Shown here in pieces: positions 37,230 to 48,000 of a stretch of DNA of 53,870 nucleotides (positions are counted from its first letter, which is position 1; each line of letters begins with the position of its first letter). The stretch comes from Octopus bimaculoides. Taxonomy: Eukaryota. Both the position numbers and the translations under genes were made by a program. Under the pieces are notes generated by a model that worked only from the letters and a program-made list of their open reading frames with translations, made no database searches and was not told the origin of the DNA. The DNA lies in assembly GCF_001194135.2 (NCBI RefSeq), contig NC_068992.1, positions 36,813,123 through 36,866,992 of the forward strand, read 5' to 3'.

Positions 37230-38372
37230 TTTCATGCCATCATTTTAACATGAGACGTTTTTGTTCCAACTCTAGTTTGGATTTGAGTTGTTTCACAGCT
37301 TTAGCTGTTTTTCTTTATCTTTATAGATATCAGGTACTATAATTTCTTTCTTGTATTTTTCAGCTTACTTAAAGACAGAAGACAATTTTGTGGCTATTTG
37401 TACAAGTTTCCTTGCTTCTGAATCCTATGGTAGTTATTTCATAGTAGTTTTCTAGCTGTATAAGGATTCTACCACCTTCAATATGTTATGTATATAACCT
37501 TTCTATGTCAGATTTTGGGCGGTGCATCCTAAATTCTCTCATTATTTTTCTTACTTTCCTGCCTATTTTGATTAGTTCATTTAGAGTCCAGTTAAGAATG
37601 TTGTAGCTGTAACTTATAACTGGGACGGCTAGAATATTGATACCTATTATCTTGTTTTTCGCATTGAGCGCTGTTTTCAGCATTAATCTAACTCGTCTAT
37701 AGAATTCCTTTCTTATCTTCTTTTTCATTTGTGCGTGTTGTATCGTATTTAGTTCATTGATTCCTAAGTATTTGTATGTCTGGTTTTGGTCTAACTCTCT
37801 TATTTCATTTGCTTTATGTAGTGTGACTTGTTTTTCTCTTTTCAAGGTTGCTCTGGCACATTTTTGTAAGCCGAATTTCATGTTTATTTCTTTGGTAAAT
37901 ACACGCACGGTCTGTAGTTTTAGATCATCCATATATAAGAGATGGTTGATTGTTTTGCCGTAACAGTTGTTTCCACATCCAGTTCTGTTTAGCATGTAAG
38001 GTAAAGGTGTTAGTGCTAAGCAGAAATGGGTGGAAAGAGCGTGTATCTCTTGAATATTCCTCTTTTAATGGAGATGGCTTTGGTTTTTATGAGTCCCTCT
38101 TTTGTCTGGAGCTGTTTGCCATTTATTCATGGCATGTTTTATATATTTCATGATTGTTGATGCTACCTTGCTGGTGGCTAGTGTTTCTAGGCCCTATGTG
38201 TGGGGAATACTGTCAAAAGCCTTTCGATAATCGATCCAAGCCATACCTAAACCCTTCTTTTTCCTTCAGCTGCGTTCAGTTATGGCTTTATTGATCAATA
38301 GCTGGTCTTTACAGCCTTATGAGCCCTTGCAGCATTTCTTTCGCTCTTTTGGAAACAGGTCTTCTTCCAGAT
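37230..38372 (-). mobile_element. Dong/R4-like LINE RT fragment
   Basis: KDQLLINKAI..GMAWIDYRKAFDSIPH, NHLLYMDDLKL, YKYLGINE, RRVRLMLKTALNAKNKIIGINILAVPV. Confidence 0.85.
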
Positions 38373-38417
38373 TGTTACTTTTATCATCATCATTATAATC
38401 CTCATTATTATTATTAA

Positions 38418-38645
38418 AGCGGCGAGCTGGCAGAATCGTTAGAACGCCGGGCAAAATGCTTAGCGGTATTTCGTTCGTCTTTTCGTTCTGGGTTCAAATG
38501 CCGCCGTGGCCGACTTTGCCTTTCATCTCTGCGAGGTCGATAAAATAGTACCAGTTGATTACTGGGGACGATGTAATCGAGTTAACCCACCTCCAACAAA
38601 ATTTCAGGCCCCGTGCGTATAGTAAAAACATTATTATTATTATCA
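38418..38645 (+). mobile_element. SINE family 2 (Meta-domain-like), well-preserved copy
   Basis: ggcgagctggcagaatcgttagaacgccggg..gttcaaatgcc..gactttgcctttcatc..ggtcgataaaatagtaccag, with (ATT)n on both sides. Confidence 0.8.
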
Positions 38646-38939
38646 TTGCTGTGGTTGTAACCAGATTTTTATGTATTGTTCTCGTATATTGCTAAAATCA
38701 TTGCAAAATGTGTGAAATCAAATATCATAATAATGACTTCGAAACTTGCAAAATTGTCTTCATATTAAAAATGACCATTGAGAAAATGTTTTCCTTGAAG
38801 TAGATAGAAAAATGGGAAAATGGGAATAAACAATCGCATGACTTGAAAAACAGAAACTAATGCATTATAACTGTCCAGTTTATATCAGATTAATATGCTC
38901 AGATTTTACATGACAAATGTATTACATTTTCTTTTGCAG

Positions 38940-39605
38940 TTACTCTCCAGTGAAAGAGAATCTCGTCCAGTGGAAAACGAGGAAAGTGCCCCAGATCTCA
39001 AGAAACGATACATTCTTCACTCCGTTGAATATCCAGGACTTGATCCAGAAGATCTTATAGAAACTACATCTTTGGATAAGCGAGGATTTGATTCAATCGA
39101 TGGAACAGGTTTCCGTTCAATGGGGAAACGACCTTTTGATTCCATATCGGGGAGTTCATTTTCACAATTAGGAAAACGAAAATTCGACTCTATTTCTGGG
39201 GGAGCATTTAGCCAAATGGGAAAAAGGCCTTTTGATTCGATTGATGGTGGTTCATTTAATACAATGGGTAAGAGGAAATTTGACTCCATTGCAAGCAGCT
39301 CATTTGGTCGTATGGGTAAACGTCCATTCGACTCAATATCTGACGGAATGTTCAACACAATGGGTAAAAGAAAATTTGATTCGATCTCAGATAGTAATTT
39401 TGCTAGCATGGGTAAGCGTCAGTTTGATGCTATCAGTCATAGTCGTTTCTATAAAATGGGAGATGGAGCTGGATCCCGACTCTTTCGAAGAAATTTCGAT
39501 CGTATTTCCGGTAATGAAGGATTGTCGCCTGGATTCCCAAGATTAATGGGAAGTCACGTGAAACGTCCCTTTAAACTTTACAGCCTTAAACCATCCAAAG
39601 ACTAA
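38940..39605 (+). CDS. Neuropeptide precursor, pedal peptide/orcokinin type; main (terminal) coding exon
   Basis: Intact ORF after a splice acceptor (ttttcttttgcag|38940; alternative ttactctccag|38951). Seven 48-nt units from 39084 each encode a 13-mer plus GKR (GFDSIDGTGFRSM, PFDSISGSSFSQL, KFDSISGGAFSQM, PFDSIDGGSFNTM, KFDSIASSSFGRM, PFDSISDGMFNTM, KFDSISDSNFASM). These are followed by QFDAISH.. and NFDRISGNEGLSPGF... No signal peptide lies within this exon. Confidence 0.9.
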   Translation, partial: LLSSERESRPVENEESAPDLKKRYILHSVEYPGLDPEDLIETTSLDKRGFDSIDGTGFRSMGKRPFDSISGSSFSQLGKRKFDSISGGAFSQMGKRPFDSIDGGSFNTMGKRKFDSIASSSFGRMGKRPFDSISDGMFNTMGKRKFDSISDSNFASMGKRQFDAISHSRFYKMGDGAGSRLFRRNFDRISGNEGLSPGFPRLMGSHVKRPFKLYSLKPSKD

Positions 39606-39643
39606 AAATGGACTCTGAGACTGGATTTAGAGAAATCAAAACA

Positions 39644-39653
39644 AATAAATAAA
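39644..39653 (+). promoter_or_regulatory. Candidate polyadenylation signals (overlapping AATAAA) for the neuropeptide gene
   Basis: aataaataaa ~40 nt after the stop codon; AT-rich DNA makes chance occurrence likely. Confidence 0.35.
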
Positions 39654-40179
39654 TGCATCAGTAAAAATGTAAAAAGCTGAGAACCAGCAGAATAGCAAAA
39701 TTTTACTACTCCATACCGGAAAGTGAGAACAATATGTTAAAAAATATAATAATCTGCGGTTCAACATCAATTGAATTTTTAAAAAAGTATTCAGATATTT
39801 TAAATGACCAAAAATTCCTAAACAATTTAATATTTTCAAGTATAAATAACTAATATGTTTTATATATANNNNNNNNNNNNNNNNNNNNNNNNNNNNNNNN
39901 NNNNNNNNNNNNNNNNNNNNNNNNNNNNNNNNNNNNNNNNNNNTATATATATATATATATATATATATGCATGTGTGTGTCTGTCTGTGTGTATTGTTTC
40001 TTTTCCGTTTCTCAGCTGGTTTTGTTCCAGTTTGGAAGATAATAAATTGCACCTTTGAACTAAATCTATGTCTATTGTCAGTCATTTACTTCCTGTTTGA
40101 GACAAATATTTGTTTCATTAATTATCAAACACTTACCAAATTATATTTTCATATCACTACTGTTTGCCATATGCATACA

Positions 40180-40422
40180 TAAAGTACCTACAACTACACA
40201 CATATAAATACATTGCACCAATGGAAACTCTAGTATCATCTGCATAATGAACTGCTAGATCATAATTGAAAGCTGCTTCATAAAAGTTACTTCTCTAAAC
40301 TGTTACAACTGCTCTTCGTTCTGCAGTGGAGATTCTATGCTTCCCTTTCTGCAGCTGGACAGAGACATTCTTTTGGCTGAACTTGACATTGTAGACAAAT
40401 TTGACACTTTCCTTCTAGGCAT
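40180..40422 (-). mobile_element. Helitron Rep/Hel N-terminal fragment
   Basis: Minus strand MPRRKVSNLSTMSSSAKR, then after a frameshift AAFNYDLAVHYADDTRVSIGAM. This resembles Helitron N-termini (MPRRKR..; AFxYDP..Y...IG.M...C). Confidence 0.5.
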
Positions 40423-41810
40423 GGTTATATATGTATACAGAAATATACGGGTGCTGAAGATAGTAAACAATAAAAATAACTGGGTAACGGAAATTATATT
40501 TCTTAATACGACGGGCAGAAAGTAAATAAGACATTTTTACGGAAAATAGAAAATTGCATGGGTTGAAGCGAAATTTGTCAGTGAACCAAAGAGCCAGTAT
40601 CGAAGGAACCAGAAAAAGCCGTTAACCACAGGAAAACACAAAACCGTTGCAGAAGTAAGTAAGAAATTTTTAGGGAAATTAACTAAGATTTAAGTGAAAT
40701 GTTTGAATAACTTCTGTCAGTAAATTATGAACTTACTTTTAACAGCAATTCCGCCAACAACAAGAAAGCACAAACTTTGCAAAAGTAAATAAGAAATTTG
40801 TAGGCAAATTTAACGAAGTGCACGGATTGAAGTGAAATTTATGAAGCTACTTCTGTCAGTAACTTATGTATGAAATTACTTTCACCAGTAATTGTGAACT
40901 TCTTTCGCTCAGTAATTTGCTGTTGTTTGTAAATAGCGATTGAAAACTTACTGTGAAAACAATAGTGAGTGAGATATAGAGAGAGGAGGAGAGGAAAGCT
41001 AGCTAGCTAGTTAAACAAATAAGATAGATAAGATATAGAGAGATACAAAGAGATAGATATAGAAACAGTGATGGATAGACAGATATAGAGAGACAGAGAC
41101 AGAGACAGAGAGAGAGAGAGAGGAGACAGAGACAGATAGAAAGATATAGACATCACTGAAGCTAGAAAACTGGAAGCAAATATTTTTTTAAACTTTCAAA
41201 GACATGAATCTAATATAAAAGCAATCTTTTTTTAATTACCAATGGGAGACAATCAATTTCAGTAAGGTGCCATTAGATGATCACACCGGAGCAGTCACCT
41301 TTCTGAGTATGATCTTAAAATGCATGCGATAGTTGGACCCGATACGTGAATTCCAAAAGTTTGAGGAGTGTGGAACTACTTCTTAACTATTATTATTCCC
41401 AGGTGTACTCTGACGCGGTGTAGTAGCACTTGCTAGGGTCCCAGGTATGGGCTAACTAGCATGTCGACTAAGCCTTGCCTTACCTTCCTTCTTTTGGCAT
41501 ATTTAGAACAGTATCTGTTCCAGTATCTGGCAGCTGCCCCTGGTCACATACCCTCTGCGTCAGTTCGTCATTGAGTGGCAAGTTGTATGTTTTGTGCTGC
41601 TATTAGATACAACAGGACAAACCAAGCAGGCTGGCTGTAAAGGCGCCTCGTCACGTACCGTAGTATGTAACGTTACATACCGTGGTAGGTCACTGTAGCT
41701 TGGACTCGATCCCGGTCGTCCTGGATCTCTTCTTTATCATTGTTTTCTTCGAAACATATGTCGGAAGTAAAAAGATGTGAATAAGAATAACACCTGCGTT
41801 TAACTCCAGT

Positions 41811-41871
<61 letters not shown>

Positions 41872-42238
41872 GTTGGCACTCCGTTGCTTACGACGTCGAG
41901 GGTTCCAGTTGGTCCGATCAACAGAACAGCCTGCTCGTGAAATTAACGTGCAAGTGGCTGAGCACTCCACAGACACGTGTACCCTTAACGTAGTTCTCAG
42001 GGATATTCAGTGTGACGCAGTGTGACAAGGCTGACCCTTTGAATTACAAGCACAACAGAAACAGGAAGTAAGAGTGAGAGAAAGTTGTGGTGGAAGAGTA
42101 CAGCAGGGTTCGCCACCATCCCCTGCCGGAGCCTCGTGGAGCTTTAGGTGTTTTCGCTCAATAAACACTCGCAACGCCCGGTCTGGGAATCGAAACCGCG
42201 ATCTTATGACCGCGAGTCCGCTGCTCTAACCACTGGGC
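41872..42238 (-). mobile_element. SINE family 3, tRNA-derived head, full length
   Basis: Minus strand begins gcccagtggttagagcagcggactcgcggtcataagatcgcggtttcgattcccagaccgg (A box, B box), then a non-tRNA body and a (TA)/(TG)n tail. Confidence 0.85.
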
Positions 42239-42319
42239 ATATATAGCGTACTGCTCCGTGATCAATGAAGAAAGCACTCCATCTGGTGAGAGATATTATT
42301 TAATAAACAAAAAATATTT

Positions 42320-42368
42320 ATGTGCTACTATTAGTTTCATGCGATATCGCAGTCTTCAGACAATGCCC
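42320..42368 (-). ncRNA. Minimal type-I hammerhead ribozyme motif with intact core
   Basis: Minus strand: cattgt-CTGAAGA-c-TGCG-atat-CGCA-t-GAA-ACTA-a-TAGT-A-gcacat (GUA site). Stem I is short. Confidence 0.6.
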
Positions 42369-42401
42369 GCGTGGTTTTATATATGATTATGCTACGATTA
42401 T

Positions 42402-42525
42402 GCTAAGGTTAACTTCCTTGATGTTACTTTGGGTTTAAGTACTGAACTATACCGCTCGTATCACAAATCAAATGAATGCTTAAGGTATGTGAGTGGGAGT
42501 TTTAGCCGTCCTGGAAGCATCATGG
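42402..42525 (+). pseudogene. Penelope-like RT C-terminal fragment
   Basis: KVNFLDVTLGLSTELYRSYHKSNECLRYVSGSFSRPGSI matches the PLE pattern VNFLDVT..L....Y..Y.KPN....Y....S.HP..I. Confidence 0.7.
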
Positions 42526-42770
42526 GTTCTATCTTGTAGGTATATCTACTTGTGTTTGGGGTATTTCGGCTAATCATGCTGGTGTTATATATTTCGGCTA
42601 ATGAGGATGTACTTGCACAAAATGAAAATCACAATAACCACGCATTATTTTGAAGCTGGGTGTCAGGACAGAACTAACTATATCCAGAATCAAAATAATG
42701 AAATACCCGGAAATGGTAGAATATTAAATAAGTTGGAACTTGATAGTGAGTGTAATAAAAATTAAAATAA

Positions 42771-43497
42771 AGTTATCTACACTTGGAAAAGTTCAGGACA
42801 AGTTATTACATCTGGTAGAGTACAGAACAAGAAAACTTTTACTTAAAATATTGCAGCTAAGGATTACGTTTCAAATAAAATATTTAGATTTAGAAAATAT
42901 TAGCTTTCATTAAAACTAAAAAGTATATTACAAGTTATTACTTCTATTTGTTATTACTTGTTATTTCTATCAAAAATTAAAAATAATTCAATTAAAATAT
43001 TTTTTGCACTTTAGAAAATTTATTCTTTTAATTATTAATTAATAATTTGAAATTTGAAAATAGGTTATAAAAAATAATAGTAGTACATAATTAGTACAAT
43101 AAATATAATAATACTAAAATTAGTAGTATATTACAGTAAAATCTACCTATAACAACAAATTCACAGTAAAGTCATAGCCAAATCATCACATTTTTTTGTC
43201 TTGACCCAATGCCTATTTTTTACATTATGAATTTGCCTACCATATATGCTTTTCTAATTCGCATAAAACATTAGCTATATTGGTACTTTTGGCCCTCATT
43301 TTTAAAGTATTTTAGTGAGCTAATATTTTAACAAAATGATGGTACCTTTTTTATTTATAATGTTATTTTGTAAATTAAAATCAAATATTTTTTTATTTTC
43401 AAAATTTATCCTTAACTGCAATATTTAAAGTAAAAATTTTCTTGTGTACTTTACCAGATGTAATAAGTTGTCCTGAACTTTTTAAAGTGTAATAACT
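42771..43497. mobile_element. MITE-like element with ~120-bp inverted terminal arms
   Basis: 42771-42890 pairs with 43378-43497 (aaaagttcaggacaa.ttattacatctggta; aaatattgcag.taaggat). The interior is AT-rich and non-coding. Confidence 0.75.
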
Positions 43498-44274
43498 TGT
43501 ACTGTAATTCTCCAGGTTTATAATCTTAAGAATATTATTTCTCTGGATCGCATATTTCCATGTAATCCTTGCTTTTGTCAGGCTATGCTATTATGCTAAT
43601 TAATAATGTCTCAAAGGTGTCAATTAGCGATGTCGTTGATAATTTTTTCCTTACCTCAATCATGCTGGTGTTATATATTAAAATTCCCCTAATCGAATTA
43701 TATTCATAAAAAGTATACAACTATATTATTACCCTCAAATTTGACAAACACTCACAACTTATTTCTTTTAAAACTTCATTGCATGAGATAGATACCACGA
43801 AATTCCTCGAATTGAGATCCATCATTTAATTTTAATTTAAATATAGCTTATTTTAAAAATAAATAAAGTTAATTATACTTAAATCCAATTTTTTGCTTTA
43901 TATTCATGATATTTTACCTCACAACTTTTTCACTACAACTTTTTGTTGCATGGGAACAAAACTATAACATTTTTAATACTTTCTTCTATCATTGAAGCTA
44001 AGATAAATATATTTTGCTTTTAAAATACAAAAGCTATTTAGATCTAAATTTGATTGGTGACGTTACTTACTCTCCTATAACGTTGCTACATGTAAAAAAA
44101 TTTTCTGCTGGATTAAATCTCAATTTTCTATACCAAAATGTAGCTAGGGATTAGTCCTCTTCAAAGATGTTAACAGTTTTCAATTTGGTTAAGAACTGAA
44201 TTGGCGACAAGCTCTGAAAGATGATGCGTGTAAGTAAATTGCGACCGTAGTTGAATAATAAATGTTTGGTATAA

Positions 44275-44277
<3 letters not shown>

Positions 44278-44341
<64 letters not shown>

Positions 44342-44364
44342 TGATGATGATGATGATGAGGATG

Positions 44365-44425
<61 letters not shown>
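44278..44425. repeat. Compound (AAT)n-(GAT)n-(AAT)n microsatellite
   Basis: Direct reading of the sequence. Confidence 0.95.
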
Positions 44426-44426
<1 letters not shown>

Positions 44427-45030
44427 GGATCCACCGGTATGAGAAACGCCAACGTTTCTTTGAACAAAACAAACAGTTCAAATTCAATACCCAAAAATTT
44501 TACCAACCAACAGCAGAAGTGGAAGAATTCTGGAAACAAATATGGTCGGTGAAGCNNNNNNNNNNNNNNNNNNNNNNNNNNNNNNNNNNNNNNNNNNNNN
44601 NNNNNNNNNNNNNNNNNNNNNNNNNNNNNNNNNNNNNNNNNNNNNNNNNNNNNNNCTTTCTAATTGATGTATCAATACCAGCAGATGACAACGTTTCCCT
44701 AAAATTAATGGAAAAACTTTCAAAATATAATGACCTGGAAATAGAGGTAACTCGAATGTGGAATCTGAAAACAGAAACAATTCATATCATAGTAGGTGCC
44801 TTAGGTATAATAAAACAATATTCAGACAAATACATAACAAAAACATCAGGACTATCACGCATATATAACATACAGAAAATAGCACTACTTGGCACTTCAC
44901 ACATCCTACGTAAAACACTTTCAATACAGTAACAATAAGAGCATCACAGCAAACCACAGCACATACCCAAGGCACACAGAGCTGCGCTCGGTAGTGAAGT
45001 GAAAGCACGTTATAAAAATAAAACTACCGA
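44426..45030 (+). mobile_element. 5'-truncated Dong/R4-like LINE (gapped) flanked by (AAT)n
   Basis: Starts RIHRYEKRQRFFEQNKQFKFN..EVEEFWKQIW. After the gap it encodes the RLE tail FLIDVSIPADDNV..KYNDLEIEVTRMWNLK..IVGALG..QKIALLGTSHILRK, then a short 3' UTR and aataatgataataat. Confidence 0.85.
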
Positions 45031-45099
45031 ACAATAATGATAATAATAAATGGGCTATAGTAGTAATAGTGAAATTATATTAGTGAACAAGTAAATAAG

Positions 45100-48000
45100 T
45101 ACCCAGATTGGTAATTACCCAGAATCATTAACAAGTGACGTCGTGAAACCGACTAGTCGTTGGCGACTAAACCAGCAACCCCGCTAAGTTTGCTTGGTGA
45201 GGAAGGTGGATTTTCGACACACTGCGGGATTAAAAACAAAACCCAGTAAGGGGCAGAGGAACTCAGAAAAGTCAATGTTCACTCTGAAAACGGCTAGAGA
45301 GAAAACGTGAGCCTTGGTTGGCAGTTTGTCTAGAAGGTTCACTTTGATTTAAAACTGGAGTAAATAGGACTCCTTAATCACAGTGGTGACAACCTGTCAG
45401 TGTCCAATGGCTCCATGCCTGGGATGAAGACGAATGAACCGCGAATCGGAGTTTGACTCCGGAGCAATATTTGGATGAAGAAATGGGACCAACTGACGCA
45501 CACCTTTCTGATAGTGAGAATCAGGATCATGGTCCCCAACAAACAGAAATTCGAAGAGAACAGGCCCAAGTTATGGGTAGTAAGAGCTCTGCAGTCTTGG
45601 TTGACAATCTTACTAAAGATAGCGTCTTGATATAAATACTGGCTGGTGGCTAACCCTAAAACACACACCTCAATGTTGAGTGAAAATGTTTAATACAAAT
45701 ATATCAAATAATGGTGTTAATGTGGCTGAAACCAAAGGTGAAACCCTTTCACCCGATAGGTGCCCTGTGGATGTGCAGCGCAAACCTTGTCGTCATCTAG
45801 AGACTACTTGTAAACAAAGCCAGCGGGAGAGACGAAAGTGAGATAAGGAGGTAAACCGAACGGTAATTGAATGTTGGATCAGTAGTGAACCCCAGCAGAA
45901 GAGGATTCCGACAACGAATGAAATTAAAATGGAATGAGATAAGGCTCTTCGAAACAAGTGAGCAACGGTTAGCCGACCAGGCAAGAGCAATAAGAGCAAA
46001 AGGGAGGTTAACAGATATGGAAATAGAAGAGATAAAAAGAAAAATAGTAGACAGAAATAATACTTCACCAACAGATAACGTGCCCAGTGAGACACAGAAA
46101 ATGAAAGGCGGTAGTGAAGAAGTAGAGCAAAGTGTAAATGTAAATGCATTCTCAGCAAATGAGGTACATTGAACGACTCGAGCTCAATGTTGAAACCTAA
46201 AATATAGATTCGGTTCTTGGACGAGGAATATAACAGAAACTAAGAAGATTATTTGGGCTGCAGCTATGGTTGCTGCAGACAAGGTTGGGTACAAAAGAAA
46301 AGAACAAGAGAAGGTAAAAAAACCATATTGGCGTAGACAAATTTTTGAGAAACAAACAAAATTAAAAACACATTTAGAAGTTGATAGAATAATGCCGGAA
46401 AGAACATACAGAATAAGAGATAAAGGTTATGATGGAGTATTGGAAGAATTGAAACAAGGAGTAGTAGCAATCAAAGCAAAACTGTAATGATATGACAATA
46501 GAAAAAGACAGATCATGCAAAACAGATTGTTTGAAGCAAATCAGAAGAAAATGTTTCAGAAACTAGATGGACAAAATCACGTAACAATGATATCAGATGC
46601 AGAGGAAAGCAAGGCTCTCTGGAGAGGGATCTGAGAACAACCAGTAGAGCATAATGATGAAGCGGAGTGGCTGCATGAAATCCCAGATAGATTAAGAAAT
46701 ATAGAAGTCCAAGAAGGCATAAAGATAACTACAGAAATGATTAAAAAAACAGTTACGAAAATTCCCAATTGGACTCTTCCAATTGGGAATTTTCGTAACT
46801 GTTTTTTTAATCATTTCTGTAGTTATCTTTATGCCTTCTTGGACTTCTATATTTCTTAATCTATCTGGGATTTCATGCAGCCACTCCGCTTCATCATTAT
46901 GCTCTACTGGTTGTTCTCAGATCCCTCTCCAGAGTGCCTTGCTTTCCTCTGCATCTGATATCATTGTTACGTGATTTTGTCTATCTAGTTTCTGAAACAT
47001 TTTCTTCTGATTTGCTTCAAACAATCTGTTTTGCATGATCTGTCCAAGGTCCAAGGTTGTTGGATGAAGAAGCTGAGAGGGCTCTATGAAAGGATAGCAC
47101 AACAGTTAGATGAATACTTGAAAGAAGGCGTAGTACGCAGCTGGATGACAAAGGGAAAGACATTGTTATGTGCCAAGGGTCCTGAAAAGGGAAATGTTGC
47201 ATCCAACTTTATACCAATAATATGCTTTCACTAATGTGGAAACTAATGGCAGGTGTTTGGTCGGTGAATTGTACAGATACTTGGAAATCAGTGGGCTGCT
47301 ACCCATTGAATAGAAAGGGTGCCGAAAATGGAGCCAGGTAGCGAAAGATCAGCTCTTAATTGATAATTTAATCATCAGGAACTGCAAGAGAAGACATACA
47401 AAACCGGAGCATGGCATGGGATGACTATCGCAAAGCATACGATGTGACACCAAACTCCTGGATAATAAGAGCAATGGAAATGTATGGAGTAGCATCGAAT
47501 ATGACAAGCCTTATATGGAATAGCATAAAATACGGGAGAACGGAATTGCCAGCAGGGAAGCAAGTACTAGGTGAAAATCAAGAGAGGATTTTCCACGAGG
47601 ACAGTGTGCCCCAACTGATATTCGTGCTGGGAATGATCCCCTTGAGTGAAATGTTACAGAAAACAAATTTGGGGTATGTTCTGAGAAGAGGTAAGGGAAA
47701 ATTAAACCACTTGCTATTCATTGACGACAAAAACTGAGGCAGAACTGGACAGCCTAGTCGAGACTGTGCGGATTTTCTATAATGATATGAAGATGGAGTT
47801 TGGACACTCAAAATGTGCTACGATGATGATGAGACGAGGAAAGTTTGCCAGAACAGAAGGCATATTGTTGCCAAGTGGTAAAATGACGAAGGCAATTCAA
47901 CCTTAATCCAGCTATAAATACCTGGGAATACTTGAGGCAGATGGAATCAAACACCATGACATGAAGGAAAGGACAAAAAGAGAGTAACTAAGGCGAGTGA

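Noticed and set aside
38895-38939. MLRFYMTNVLHFLLQ as the N-terminus of the neuropeptide precursor
   Set aside because: It ends in a polypyrimidine tract plus CAG and is a poor signal peptide; most likely intron sequence that happens to be open.
39017-39546. Antisense and alternative-frame ORFs over the peptide repeats
   Set aside because: Shadows of the 48-nt repeat exon with no independent features.
41740-41770. GAAACATATGTC palindromic stem-III-like motif
   Set aside because: No CUGANGA box upstream.
42170-42238. tRNA gene
   Set aside because: It has A/B boxes but no complete cloverleaf, and continues into a SINE body; the same applies to the other SINE heads.
44189-44552. Poly-Asn/Asp and poly-Leu ORFs
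   Set aside because: Translations of the (AAT)n/(GAT)n microsatellite.
45130-45280. HDV-like ribozyme in the LINE 5' UTR
   Set aside because: Plausible by analogy with R2-group elements, but I could not draw the nested pseudoknot by eye.
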